Origin: an uncultured Alphaproteobacteria bacterium
Lineage (GTDB): Bacteria > Pseudomonadota > Alphaproteobacteria > RF32 > CAG-239
DNA: 64,000 bases
NCBI GenBank assembly: GCA_944393175.1
Contig: CALXZH010000032.1
Location: forward strand, 5,812 to 69,811
Direction of reading: 5' to 3'
In this document: piece by piece, positions 46,254 through 56,278 of the stretch
How positions within the stretch are numbered: position 1 is the first letter of the stretch
How the letters are laid out: the number at the start of each line of letters is the position of its first letter
Made by a program: the position numbers and the translations under genes
The notes under the pieces: generated by a model
What the model was told of the DNA's origin: nothing
Database searches by the model: none
What the model saw: the letters and a program-made list of their open reading frames with translations, nothing else

Positions 46254-46919
46254 ATGAAAGTTAAATTTCGCTTAAGCGTCGGATTGCTTAGTGTATTTGC
46301 CGCCAGTGGTTGTTTAGGAACATTAAACAACCCTGTACAGCTTCCTCCTGAAGCTGTTGAGTGCGATGCCGACGGGAACAGAGTTTGCACGGAATCTAAT
46401 GTCTCTTTTCAGACAAGTTCTGCTCCTCAGGACAGCGAATTTGTTAATTATACTAAAGTTGCGGCCGATTATAAAGAATATGGCGAGAGAGCGCCAAGAG
46501 ATCAAAATATTGTGGACGGCGGCGCAGGAAGCAATATTTCCGCAGCTGTTCCGCCTACTGTTGAAAGCGAGGTAATTGATTATGAGGCTGAAGTTCAAGA
46601 AAACGAAGGAACTTCTTCAGGAAACAGCGGCGAATACAGTGCAGAAGATCCGGTTGAAGATTGGCTGGCCGAAGAAGGACAGACATTAAAAGCTTTACTC
46701 ACAGAATGGAGTGAACGTGCCGGGTGGAGATTAGTTTGGAATTCTAACCGTAATTATACCTTAACTGCAGGAGCTATGTTTAGAGGGCGCTTTGCTGACG
46801 TGAGTGCTGCACTCATAAGGGCTTTTGCCAGAGCGCAACCGGCTCCGATTGCAACATTTTATAAAGGTAACCGCGTCTTGGTTGTTGAGACAATGGAGGA
46901 TGAGAATGCTTATGAATAA
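46254..46919 (+). CDS. PilL/TcpQ-like pilus-biogenesis lipoprotein (type IVb pilus)
   Basis: Lipobox LLSVFAASGC from ATG 46254 with RBS AGGA. C-terminal GQTLKALLTEWSERAGWRLVW...FYKGNRVLVV is characteristic of the TcpQ/PilL family. Confidence 0.55.
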   Translation: MKVKFRLSVGLLSVFAASGCLGTLNNPVQLPPEAVECDADGNRVCTESNVSFQTSSAPQDSEFVNYTKVAADYKEYGERAPRDQNIVDGGAGSNISAAVPPTVESEVIDYEAEVQENEGTSSGNSGEYSAEDPVEDWLAEEGQTLKALLTEWSERAGWRLVWNSNRNYTLTAGAMFRGRFADVSAALIRAFARAQPAPIATFYKGNRVLVVETMEDENAYE

Positions 46920-48525
46920 GATTACAAAATACAGCTTAGGCGCATTGTTATTGGCTGTGGCAGGTTCTTGCTCCTTGTCTACCAAAATGGATGCAACGGT
47001 TGAGCGCGAAATAGAGGCTACAACAAAGCTTAAAGAAGTAGCTAAAATTCCTGATCAGGTTTTAGACGATGATGTTGTTCGTGTAAAAAATGATATTTGG
47101 CTCGGCGATACAAGTCAAATTGAATATGAAGGTCAGCCTATTCCGGCTTATCTGGAAGGGAAAGACGGTATTACCCTTATCAGTAATAGGCCGATTACTT
47201 TGTATGAAATAGGTGATATGATTAATAAAATTACGGGACTGCGTGTCAGCTATTCTACTCACATTGAAAAAGATGTTTTAGAAAATGCCGGAAAAAACAA
47301 GCCTGATGCCAAATCTATTAATGTTGATTGGACAGATCCGAGCAAGATGCTTGTTTCTTATCAAGGTCCTTTAAGCGGCTTACTTAATGAAATAGGCTCT
47401 CGTTTCGGTGTTTGGTGGAAATATGACCGAAAAGAAATTTACTTTTATAAGTATATTACAAGAACTTTCGTTCTTTACAGTTTGCCGACATCGCCTCAAG
47501 TATCGGTTAACGTCGGCGGTTCTTCCCAAGGAACGGGTGGGTCTTCTCAAATTTCTTTAACCAGCGGCGCTAAGATGGATTTTTGGAAAAATATTGAAGA
47601 CTCCATTAAAAATATGCTTGATGAAAAAGAAAAATATACAATGGATCCATCAAACGGTACAATTTCCGTTACGGCAACACCTAATGACATTAAGAAAATT
47701 GCCAAATTTATTAATGAACAAAATGTTCGTCTGTCAAGACAAGTTGCAATTAGTATTAAGGTATTGCAAGTTACCGTTGATGACAGCGATCAATATGGTT
47801 TGGACTTGTCGGCAATTTGGAAAGACCCTACGGGTGATAGTGTTGGCGTATCCAGTATTGCCGGTGGTTTAGGACAAGATGTGACTAAAAATCTGACTAT
47901 GACCTTGCTACCAAGTAATGTTTCAATTGATGCATCTTTACAAGCATTATCTACTCAGAGTACAACAAATTTGATTACAAGCGGCACGGTAACAACTCTT
48001 AACAATAAGCCGGCGCCTATTCAAGTGGTAAAAACACAAAACTATATTTCAGAAATTACAAAGACAAACAGTGGCGGTGATGCAAGCTATTATGATGTAT
48101 CTACAGAAACCGAAGAAATTGAAACAGGTTTTACAATGGATGTTTTGCCACGAATTTTGGAACACGGCCGTTTAATGCTAATGTTTAACTTGACTTTGTC
48201 TGACTTGATTTCTTTGGAAAAAGTTAGTTTGGATGACAGATCTGACGGTGAAACGAGCGAAGGCGGCGGGCAATATATTCAAAACCCGATTATCGAATCT
48301 CGCGGCTTTACTCAAGAAGTTGCAATGAAATCAGGACAATCTTTGGTATTAACCGGTTATGAGAGAGTTGAAAATACAACCGAAAAATCAGGTGTTGGCT
48401 CTGCTGAGAATTCATTATTAGGCGGAACGGCAACAGCTAGCAAGACCAGAAGTATTTTGGTTATTATCTTAACTCCGGTTGTTTTGGATTCTCCATTATC
48501 GCCCGAATCCAGAATGAAAGATTAA
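46906..48525 (+). CDS. Lipoprotein secretin of the R64 PilN / BfpB / TcpC type (type IVb pilus outer-membrane channel)
   Basis: RBS GGAGGA. Lipobox LLLAVAGSCS. Size about 540 aa. Secretin C-terminal motif ...ENSLLGGTATASKTRSILVIILTPVVLD. It lies upstream of the pilus ATPase and platform. Confidence 0.6.
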   Translation: MLMNKITKYSLGALLLAVAGSCSLSTKMDATVEREIEATTKLKEVAKIPDQVLDDDVVRVKNDIWLGDTSQIEYEGQPIPAYLEGKDGITLISNRPITLYEIGDMINKITGLRVSYSTHIEKDVLENAGKNKPDAKSINVDWTDPSKMLVSYQGPLSGLLNEIGSRFGVWWKYDRKEIYFYKYITRTFVLYSLPTSPQVSVNVGGSSQGTGGSSQISLTSGAKMDFWKNIEDSIKNMLDEKEKYTMDPSNGTISVTATPNDIKKIAKFINEQNVRLSRQVAISIKVLQVTVDDSDQYGLDLSAIWKDPTGDSVGVSSIAGGLGQDVTKNLTMTLLPSNVSIDASLQALSTQSTTNLITSGTVTTLNNKPAPIQVVKTQNYISEITKTNSGGDASYYDVSTETEEIETGFTMDVLPRILEHGRLMLMFNLTLSDLISLEKVSLDDRSDGETSEGGGQYIQNPIIESRGFTQEVAMKSGQSLVLTGYERVENTTEKSGVGSAENSLLGGTATASKTRSILVIILTPVVLDSPLSPESRMKD

Positions 48526-48540
48526 AAAGGATAATTAATA

Positions 48541-49818
48541 ATGGTGCTGGAAGACGCTAAATTTCAGAATGAAGATTTTGATACCAATGTTAATCGCTCT
48601 TGGGCAACTGAAATTAACATTGAAGGCGTTGATTATGCCACTAGTTTGTTTTGGCAGCCCTTGCAAAACAAAGATGATCCCTATACGGAAGTCGAAGAAA
48701 CGGCTGAAGGCGTTTTGGAGGGGGCTGACTTATTCTGTATTAAGCCCGGTAAAGCTCCGCAATTTGGTATTTGCGTCTCACATGACGGATATAAAAACGG
48801 TACGCAAGTTGCTGCTATTGCTCTGGCAACGGCTTTATCCGACAGATCATCTTTTGTTGGCGTTTTTAAAGTAAAAGAAGGTTGGTGGTATACCTGCGTC
48901 CGTAATGATATTATTCTTTCCGATGGTGATATGCTCTTCTTAAAAGAAGAAGATGCTAAAAATCAATTTATGTCCATGTTGGCCGTGCCGGATTGGGGAA
49001 GAAAAATTGCTCCTCCGGAATGGGAAATTGAAGAAACGGAGTATCCCGACTTAGCGTCGCTTTTACAGCGCGGAATTAAAACTAAGTTACAGAAAATTAA
49101 AGCGCTTAGAGGCTCTAAGCTTATTACGGTTGTTGTCGTATCAGCCCTTGTGGGACTTTGGCTGCTGTATAGCATTATTACCAGTATTTTCCTGTCACCA
49201 CCGGCAAAACCTATTATTGCTCCGGTAAGACCTAAAGTAGTAAAGCCAGTGGAAGAACCGCCGGAAATTAAACCTTGGGAACAACTAAATAATCCTACCG
49301 ATGTTATGTTGCAATGCAAACAAGGTATTGATGCCTTAATTCATATAATGCCTCCGGGGTGGAAAATCGGCGGCTTGTCTTGTAGTGCATCCGGAGTGAC
49401 AACTTCTTGGGCCAGAGAGGTAGGCCGTATCAGTTGGATTGATAAAGCGCTTAATCGTTCTGGTATTAATTTTTCCGGAAAGTCCATTTCTGATGACGGA
49501 AACACAATGATGGTTTCTGTTCCCCTTAATCAGGTAAATATTATATCTTCTCCACCGCAGTATATGGATGTAGATTTGAAAAATGTGCTTAACAATATGT
49601 TCCAATCAATCGGACAAGATATTTCTTTACAAAGTTTTTCTTATACTTCGCCAAGAAATAATGTTTATCGTTCCGTGCAGTTCAGTTTTACTTCTACACA
49701 AAATCCGACGGTTTGGCATGATTTATTAATAAAATTTTCAGGACTTCAGATTAATAATATTAAATACGATGTAAGTTCAAAGCAATGGCAGTACGAAGGA
49801 GCAATCTATGTCTTATAA
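48541..49818 (+). CDS. Type IVb pilus biogenesis protein, R64 PilO-like (425 aa, single internal TM)
   Basis: Position and size match R64/SPI-7 pilO. TM helix LITVVVVSALVGLWLLYSIITSIF. No catalytic motifs. Confidence 0.4.
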   Translation: MVLEDAKFQNEDFDTNVNRSWATEINIEGVDYATSLFWQPLQNKDDPYTEVEETAEGVLEGADLFCIKPGKAPQFGICVSHDGYKNGTQVAAIALATALSDRSSFVGVFKVKEGWWYTCVRNDIILSDGDMLFLKEEDAKNQFMSMLAVPDWGRKIAPPEWEIEETEYPDLASLLQRGIKTKLQKIKALRGSKLITVVVVSALVGLWLLYSIITSIFLSPPAKPIIAPVRPKVVKPVEEPPEIKPWEQLNNPTDVMLQCKQGIDALIHIMPPGWKIGGLSCSASGVTTSWAREVGRISWIDKALNRSGINFSGKSISDDGNTMMVSVPLNQVNIISSPPQYMDVDLKNVLNNMFQSIGQDISLQSFSYTSPRNNVYRSVQFSFTSTQNPTVWHDLLIKFSGLQINNIKYDVSSKQWQYEGAIYVL

Positions 49819-51334
49819 AGTAAAAAATAATGTAAGTCTTTTGACTATAGCTGTAGCTCTGGTCTTGATGGGAGGAGCAAATACTTTTGCCGTTGAGCCT
49901 CTTACAGGACAAAACAATGATGGCTCAGCTGCGTCTGCCTCACCTGCTGGATTATCTGTAGCAGATACAGCAAGTGATGATGCTTTACTGGCTCCTCCTT
50001 TGTTGACTGATACATCTTCTTCTGCAAGTGATGATGTTCTTATTCCTTTGACATCAAATAATGAAAATTCTCAAAATGAGATTCAAGATTTAAATTTGCC
50101 AAATTTAAATGGAGAAAATGCCGAACCGGCATCTAATGCTTTGCCAGAGGCAACAAACCAAGCAGAACCCTTGGTTAGCCCTTCGACAAATGCAAATAAT
50201 ACAGATGCGACGGGAGGACTTTCTGCCAGTACAGCTCCTTTAGCCGCACCCCAAACAGAGACTGCTACCGTACAGCCTATGAAATTTTTTAAACCGCAGG
50301 CAACTTCTCCGGAAAGCAGCAATTTTGGCGAAAATTTATTATCGCAAGTCGATAATGACTTATTCAATCAAATGTCTGATTTGGAAAAACAAACCAGCTT
50401 GCTTACTCTTGAATTACGTAGAGAAAAAGTAAAAAACGAAATTGCGGCTATAAAGGCTGCAAGACAGAAAGCTATTGACGATTTGGCTGCCCAAAAGGAA
50501 GAAAAAGAGCGTAAAAAAGCTGAGTGGGAAGCTGAACAACAACGTAAGTTATTGATTGAAGAACAAAAACTCAGAGAATTGAATATCGAATATGAGAAAT
50601 TAAGACAAGAAAACATTATTAATGCTTATAAAGAGCAAATGTTAGAGACTTCTCAAAAGTGGATTGACAATAATGAAAAAATGTACGCTGAAATTATGAA
50701 AATGGAAGATGAGCGTGACAAATTAGTCAATAACTATAAGCTAAAATTAAATTATTTAACCCAACTCTCGGCCAAAGCCGCAGAAGCTGCTGAAATCGCT
50801 AAAAATAATTACAGCAGAGAACTGGCTAACATGCAAACGCAGATTTCAATTTTGAAATCAAGATTAGATGCTGAAAAACAAGCAAGGGTTCAAGTAAATG
50901 CTAAGCCCGGTGACAAAACGAATCCTTTCGCCTCTCTTGGTAGCGCTGAAGATGAAGAAGCTAAAAAGAATCAAAAACTTTCTGATGAATATGCTATCAT
51001 GGAAATCAAAGGCAAAGGAGATTCTTTGGCAGCAAAGCTCATTAATAAGGGTGGGTCAACCTTTATGGTCAAAAAAGGAACTGTCTTGCAATCCGGACAT
51101 ACGGTTGAAGAAATAACTCAGACTTATTTGAAAGCTGATAAAGATGGAAATAAAGATTATCTTTATTTTGCTGCCGGCGGTGTACTTGACAGAGAGCCAA
51201 TAAAAACAGTGCTTCCTTCATTTTTACCCAGATATTCTGATAAATCTGACAAATCTGATGATACGAAAGCTTTACCGGCCTTAAGTGCTACAAAAACTTT
51301 GCCCAGCCTGCGTAAGGGTATGTTTATCAGGTAG
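49808..51334 (+). CDS. Pilus assembly protein with N-terminal signal-anchor, coiled coil and C-terminal PilP-like beta domain (tentative)
   Basis: Signal LLTIAVALVLMGGANTFA. Low-complexity S/A/N region. Coiled coil. C-terminal AIMEIKGKGDSLAAKLINKGGSTFMVKKGTVLQSGHTVEEI is PilP-like. Confidence 0.4.
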   Translation: MSYKVKNNVSLLTIAVALVLMGGANTFAVEPLTGQNNDGSAASASPAGLSVADTASDDALLAPPLLTDTSSSASDDVLIPLTSNNENSQNEIQDLNLPNLNGENAEPASNALPEATNQAEPLVSPSTNANNTDATGGLSASTAPLAAPQTETATVQPMKFFKPQATSPESSNFGENLLSQVDNDLFNQMSDLEKQTSLLTLELRREKVKNEIAAIKAARQKAIDDLAAQKEEKERKKAEWEAEQQRKLLIEEQKLRELNIEYEKLRQENIINAYKEQMLETSQKWIDNNEKMYAEIMKMEDERDKLVNNYKLKLNYLTQLSAKAAEAAEIAKNNYSRELANMQTQISILKSRLDAEKQARVQVNAKPGDKTNPFASLGSAEDEEAKKNQKLSDEYAIMEIKGKGDSLAAKLINKGGSTFMVKKGTVLQSGHTVEEITQTYLKADKDGNKDYLYFAAGGVLDREPIKTVLPSFLPRYSDKSDKSDDTKALPALSATKTLPSLRKGMFIR

Positions 51335-51340
51335 GCTCTC

Positions 51341-53005
51341 ATGGCTGAAGATGTCGTTGATGGAGAAACTACAGAAGAAAGCAACCGTGCTTCAGGACAG
51401 GTTATCGGAGCTGCTGACGTAGATAATCCTAAAAAATATAATCTGATTGATGATTTATTCAGTAATGGCAATAAATTGCTGACTTTGCCGGGATCTTCTC
51501 TCGTCATTAACGATGATACCAGAAGATTGCTTGCTTTGTTTGCTGACGGGCGTTTTTTAGTTGTCGAATCGCATAAATTTGACGGTCGTGTTCTGAGTTT
51601 TGAGGTATTGGCGAGAAAAAAACACCTCAATATCAGTAAACCTACCTATGTCAGCCAAAACGAAATCAATGCCATTTACGCATACGGAGAACGTGCTCAA
51701 CCTCTGACAAATATTGAAGGGGATGAAGATCTCGCACAACTGCAAATGCAGAAAGACTTTGTAAATGTTGTGGCTCGGGCTGCGGCAATGAAAGTTTCAG
51801 ATGTGCATGTTGTGGTCGCAGATAGCACGCAAATTATGTTCCGCGTTAACGGTATGATGCAAACCGTAATGGAATATAATAAAGATTGGGGTGAATCTTT
51901 TGTGCGCGCAGCTTTTGCATCGGCCGATATTTCCGATTCAAACTATGCACAAAATGAATTCCAAGGAGCCCAAAAATTAGGTTCTACGCCTTTGAGGGGC
52001 TCAAAAGGAAAGTTAATGCTTCCCCACAACGTGTTGGCTATTCGTTTGCAATTTAATCCGATTGCTTTCGGTTCTCAATATTTGGTTATGCGCTTACTTT
52101 ATGCCGATGAAAACCCTGACGGGAGCGGTGATTTACAGGCCCTTGGTTTCGGAGAATATGAAGAAAGCTTGTTCTATCGCTTGCGTGCCGTTCCTACCGG
52201 CTTGAGCATTATCGCAGGGCCTACGGGCTCGGGAAAATCTACGACATTGCAGAGAAATATGATTAAGCTCCTGCAAGAAAAGAATTATGAAATTAACTTA
52301 ATTACCGTGGAAGACCCTCCCGAATACCCAATTCCCGGTGCAAGGCAAATGCCTGTGACTAATGCAAATACAGAAGAAGAAAAGGCTGAAATGTTTACAA
52401 AAGCTTTATCTGCAGCTCTTCGTTCCGACCCGGATGTTATGATGGTTGGTGAGACTCGCGCTTTAGCTACTGCGGAATTGACTTTTAAAGGAGCACTATC
52501 TGGTCACGGCGTCTGGACTACTTTGCACGCAAACAGTGCTCCGGCTATTATTACCCGTTTACGTGATATGGGCGTTCAACCTTATATGTTGGCTGACCCT
52601 GAACTTGTTAAGGGATTAATTTCTCAGCGTTTGTTCAGAAAACTGTGCCCTCATTGTCGTGTTTCCGTTAAAGAACGATTAAATGACCCTGCTGTGAAAA
52701 GGCTTAAAATCGCTTTGGGTGATTTCGGAATCGAAAATACTTTTATGCGCGGTCCGGGCTGCAAGTTCTGTGATAACAAAGGTATTAAAGGACGTATGTG
52801 CGTACCTGAAATTATTTTGCCTGATGCCGTATTCTTGGAATTAATGATTGCTGGCGAAACCAGAAAAGCTATTGATTATTGGACAAGCGATTTAAACGGT
52901 CGACCGCTCAAAGATGCGGCTATTGAACGTATGCTTAAAGGGTATATTGATTTGGAAGAAGTTGAACGTTGGTGCGGTTTACTTGACCAACGTACCTCTT
53001 ATTAA
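51341..53005 (+). CDS. GspE/PilB-family pilus assembly ATPase (R64 PilQ / BfpD-like)
   Basis: Walker A GPTGSGKSTTL. Asp/His boxes (MVGETRALATAELTFKGALSGHGVWTTLHANSA). Tetracysteine CPHCR...CKFC. Confidence 0.85.
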   Translation: MAEDVVDGETTEESNRASGQVIGAADVDNPKKYNLIDDLFSNGNKLLTLPGSSLVINDDTRRLLALFADGRFLVVESHKFDGRVLSFEVLARKKHLNISKPTYVSQNEINAIYAYGERAQPLTNIEGDEDLAQLQMQKDFVNVVARAAAMKVSDVHVVVADSTQIMFRVNGMMQTVMEYNKDWGESFVRAAFASADISDSNYAQNEFQGAQKLGSTPLRGSKGKLMLPHNVLAIRLQFNPIAFGSQYLVMRLLYADENPDGSGDLQALGFGEYEESLFYRLRAVPTGLSIIAGPTGSGKSTTLQRNMIKLLQEKNYEINLITVEDPPEYPIPGARQMPVTNANTEEEKAEMFTKALSAALRSDPDVMMVGETRALATAELTFKGALSGHGVWTTLHANSAPAIITRLRDMGVQPYMLADPELVKGLISQRLFRKLCPHCRVSVKERLNDPAVKRLKIALGDFGIENTFMRGPGCKFCDNKGIKGRMCVPEIILPDAVFLELMIAGETRKAIDYWTSDLNGRPLKDAAIERMLKGYIDLEEVERWCGLLDQRTSY

Positions 53006-53019
53006 AAAGGAGTAAATTT

Positions 53020-54141
53020 ATGGCTCAAGAAGAAAAAAAACGCTCTGATGCTCTGGTTAAAGCTATGAAAAAAGTTGGCGCAGTTGAAGTACAATACGCC
53101 AAAATGGTTACTAAAATGTCCAACAAAACCAGATTGAAAATGTATCGTAAAATTGCATCATTGATGTCTAACCGATTTTCTTTAATGGACGCTTTGGATT
53201 TATTATATGACGGAGCAAGTAACGGAGGAAGAAGCCCCGGTGAACCTATTGCTATTGCTATTGCTTCTTGGTCAAAATCCTTGCAAAACGGTTTAACTTT
53301 TGCGGAAGCTCTCAAGGGTTGGGCTCCTTCAAGAGAAAGATTAATGCTTTCTACCGGTGATGTTTCTAACTTGGAAAGTGCTTTGTTAAACCTTATTAAA
53401 GTTACGGAAGGTACAACCAAAATGGTGCGCCCTATTGTTGGTGCCATTGCTTATCCGGCATTCTTGATGTTTATGGCTATTTTGATTCTGTACGGTATCG
53501 GGGCCTACATGGTGCCGCCGATGCAAGATGCCGCCCCTAATGTCCGTTGGAGAGGCACAGCTAAAACCTTAATCGATATTTCTGATTGGATTCGTGTTTA
53601 TTGGCAAGTCGCTTTTGCTTCCTTACCGATTACCATGTTTATTATTTATATTACTATCGGAATTTGGACCGGCTTTATTCGTTCTTTCTTTGATAATTTG
53701 CCCCCTTGGTCCTTATATAAAGTATTTGTCGGTATCAGTTGGTTGTTGGCTATGTCTGCCTTGGTTAAAAGCGGAACTCCGGTATCCACCTCGTTGCAGG
53801 CTCTGAGGCGTGATGCAAACCCTTATTTAAAAGAAAGAATTGACAAGACGCTTATCTTCGTAAACAATGGTGATAACTTGGGTCAGGCTTTGGAAAAAAC
53901 CGGTTTGGAATTTCCTGATCGCGAAATTATTGCCGATTTGAAAGTATATTCAGAACTTGATAACTTTGAAGAAGCTATGGATAAATTGGCTAATGAATGG
54001 TTGGAAGAATCTGTATATATGATTGAGCAAAAAGCCAGTATTTTAAATATGGTGGCCTTGCTTTCAGTCGGTGGTATTATTGCCTGGGCCGTTATGGGCG
54101 TATTTGATATGCAAGACCAAATTACCAGTGCTATGGGATAA
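53020..54141 (+). CDS. GspF/PilC-family inner-membrane platform protein (R64 PilR / BfpE-like)
   Basis: 373 aa with three hydrophobic blocks separated by cytoplasmic domains. It lies immediately downstream of the ATPase. Confidence 0.7.
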   Translation: MAQEEKKRSDALVKAMKKVGAVEVQYAKMVTKMSNKTRLKMYRKIASLMSNRFSLMDALDLLYDGASNGGRSPGEPIAIAIASWSKSLQNGLTFAEALKGWAPSRERLMLSTGDVSNLESALLNLIKVTEGTTKMVRPIVGAIAYPAFLMFMAILILYGIGAYMVPPMQDAAPNVRWRGTAKTLIDISDWIRVYWQVAFASLPITMFIIYITIGIWTGFIRSFFDNLPPWSLYKVFVGISWLLAMSALVKSGTPVSTSLQALRRDANPYLKERIDKTLIFVNNGDNLGQALEKTGLEFPDREIIADLKVYSELDNFEEAMDKLANEWLEESVYMIEQKASILNMVALLSVGGIIAWAVMGVFDMQDQITSAMG

Positions 54142-54142
54142 T

Positions 54143-54745
54143 ATGATGCAAAAACTTAAATTCTATTGCAAAAATTTACTGCAAAAATTGTTTAATCAGC
54201 CAATATTTGTGGGATTAGGGCAAAAAATAATCATTATGACCACTTTAATTACGGCTGTTATTGTAGGTATTTTGGCTTGGGTGGTTAAGCCGAATCCTAA
54301 CATTAATACAGCGGCCGTACAATTGGCTCAAACGGCCAACAATATTCGTTTGTTCTACCAGACAAAACCTGGATACTGGGGCTTAAGTACGGATAACGTG
54401 ATTAAAAATAATTTACAAGCTTCCGGTATGCTTAAAGATGGAAAATTAGTTAATGCTTTCGGCAAACCGGTTATTGTCGGACAAGATATTGAAGGAAATG
54501 TCGCTATGCCCGGGAGCAGAAATTTTATGATTACTTTTCCTGATTTAGATAAGAACGAGTGTATTGCGATGGCCGCTTTTAAGCTTAATGAACGTGAAAA
54601 TTTGAGCTTATTGCAAATGGTTATTCTTAACGACAAAAATTCCTTTGAATTTAATTGGGGTGGAAAAAATTCTCTCCCCGTCACTAAAACAGATGCCGTA
54701 AAGTTTTGCGGACGTAATAATACCATTGCATGGAGTTTTGAATAA
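54143..54745 (+). CDS. Putative type IVb prepilin (R64 PilS-like major pilin)
   Basis: A roughly 25-aa basic leader ending FVGLG, followed by a 22-aa hydrophobic helix IIIMTTLITAVIVGILAWVV. A C-terminal Cys pair (NECIAMAAF...KFCGRNN) suggests a D-region disulfide. It lies after the platform gene. It lacks the canonical Glu5. Confidence 0.45.
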   Translation: MMQKLKFYCKNLLQKLFNQPIFVGLGQKIIIMTTLITAVIVGILAWVVKPNPNINTAAVQLAQTANNIRLFYQTKPGYWGLSTDNVIKNNLQASGMLKDGKLVNAFGKPVIVGQDIEGNVAMPGSRNFMITFPDLDKNECIAMAAFKLNERENLSLLQMVILNDKNSFEFNWGGKNSLPVTKTDAVKFCGRNNTIAWSFE

Positions 54746-54834
54746 AAGTTTTTGTAACAAAAGATTAAATAATTTTTATTTATTTTTGTGATAAACTCAG
54801 AGCTAGTTTGAATTCTAAATTTGATGAGGATGAT

Positions 54835-55797
54835 ATGGTTAAACTCAGTGAGGTTTTGTTTTCGGATATTTATATTACACCTGAAAAAGTTGCTTATATT
54901 CCGGATAATGTTACAGCAAACGGATTGGAAGTTTTAAAAGCTGACGATTTTGATAATTTTTTTGAATTGTTAGAACAATCTTGGGATGGTTCAACTCCAA
55001 GTTACTCCGTGCTCTATGACGGCGTTTTTTATCGTGTCGAAAGGACTGTATCAATCTATGGTATTCAATATTGCGCCCGCAGAATGCCAAGACAAGTGCC
55101 TCCTTTTAATAGTTTGGGATACCCTACTGAATTGTCACAATATTTGCTTTCACTCAGTAATGCTTCCGGTCTTATTCTTTGCAGCGGACCGACAGGTGCC
55201 GGTAAGACAACTACTATTTCCAGTTTAATGAAAGAATATTTAACCATGGAAGGCGGGTTTGCTTATACCATTGAAGACCCGACCGAAATGCCTCTAGATG
55301 GCGTTTATCACTCAATTGCCGGTGGCTTGGGATTATGCAAACAAACCTTACCGCCTAACGGAAATTGGGGTGAAGGCTTAAAGTCGGCTCTTCGTTCAAA
55401 ACCTCGTTTTATTATGGTAGGTGAGATTAGAACACCTGATACCGCCAGTGAGGTGTTACGTGCGGCAACCTCCGGTCACCTTGTGTTGTCCACAATTCAC
55501 GCTAACAATATTACCGATGCTATTAACTCTGTTGTTAAGTATGCTTCATCAACTTCTATGAGCGAAGAATTGGCCTATGACTTGTTCTCACGCGGAATGT
55601 TGGGCGTTTTGCACCAAACATTAATCGGTGTGAAAGATAAAAAACCTTTGGTTAGTTATCTATTTACGAATCCAGATTCTACCAAAGGCGACCAAGTCAG
55701 AGGTATTATTAAAGGCGGTAAGCTTAATTTGGCTACATCTATTGAAACACAAATGACCAGAATGAGCCGCGGTAAGAATATCTTTCCTGATTTATAG
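54835..55797 (+). CDS. PilT-family retraction-type ATPase (BfpF-like), a second ATPase in the pilus cluster
   Basis: RBS GAGGA. Walker A SGPTGAGKTTTISSL. PilT-like Asp/His box MVGEIRTPDTASEVLRAATSGHLVLSTIHANN. About 320 aa. The track's TTG start at 54808 is an alternative. Confidence 0.75.
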   Translation: MVKLSEVLFSDIYITPEKVAYIPDNVTANGLEVLKADDFDNFFELLEQSWDGSTPSYSVLYDGVFYRVERTVSIYGIQYCARRMPRQVPPFNSLGYPTELSQYLLSLSNASGLILCSGPTGAGKTTTISSLMKEYLTMEGGFAYTIEDPTEMPLDGVYHSIAGGLGLCKQTLPPNGNWGEGLKSALRSKPRFIMVGEIRTPDTASEVLRAATSGHLVLSTIHANNITDAINSVVKYASSTSMSEELAYDLFSRGMLGVLHQTLIGVKDKKPLVSYLFTNPDSTKGDQVRGIIKGGKLNLATSIETQMTRMSRGKNIFPDL

Positions 55798-55813
55798 GAT
55801 ACCAAAACTTCTA

Positions 55814-55846
55814 AAAAAAGCTCCCTTTTTAAGGAGCTTTTTTTAA
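55814..55846. terminator. Bidirectional rho-independent terminator at the island-proximal end of the pil operon
   Basis: aaagctcc-ctttttaa-ggagcttt hairpin with T7 downstream and A7 upstream. Confidence 0.7.
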
Positions 55847-56278
55847 TTATAAATCCCACGGAAAAACTATCCAACTATCGGGCATTGGGGAGGCATAAAA
55901 ATCTACAAATTCTTTGCCCTTCGGTTTTGCATAAACTGCGGCGAAATGCGCTTTGGGAAATTCTTTTCTGAGAAGTCGAAAAGTATTACCGGTATCGGAT
56001 AAATCGTCTATAACGATTGTGTTTTCATCAACTTCACCGACAAAACTTTGAATATCTATTGCATCATTGGAACGTTGTTTGTCGCCATCATAAGAACTCA
56101 TATTGACAACTTCTACGTTACGTATATCCATTTCATAGGCTAAAATTCCCGCCGGCAATAATCCACCGCGGCTGACGGAAACAATTTTATTCCAATTTTT
56201 GCTTGCTTTTAATTTTGCTGCTAACTGTTTTGCTTGTTGGTGAAATTCCTCCCAACTGATATATAATTTCTCGCTCAT
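55847..56278 (-). CDS. gpt: Xanthine-guanine phosphoribosyltransferase
   Basis: 143 aa. MSEKLYISWEEFHQQAKQLAAKL...IVSVSRGGLLPAGILAYEMDIRNVEVV closely parallels E. coli Gpt. Confidence 0.8.
   Translation of the reverse strand: MSEKLYISWEEFHQQAKQLAAKLKASKNWNKIVSVSRGGLLPAGILAYEMDIRNVEVVNMSSYDGDKQRSNDAIDIQSFVGEVDENTIVIDDLSDTGNTFRLLRKEFPKAHFAAVYAKPKGKEFVDFYASPMPDSWIVFPWDL

Noticed and set aside
54986-55247. Small ORFs on both strands inside the PilT-like ATPase gene
   Set aside because: They are internal to a CDS with Walker and His-box motifs.
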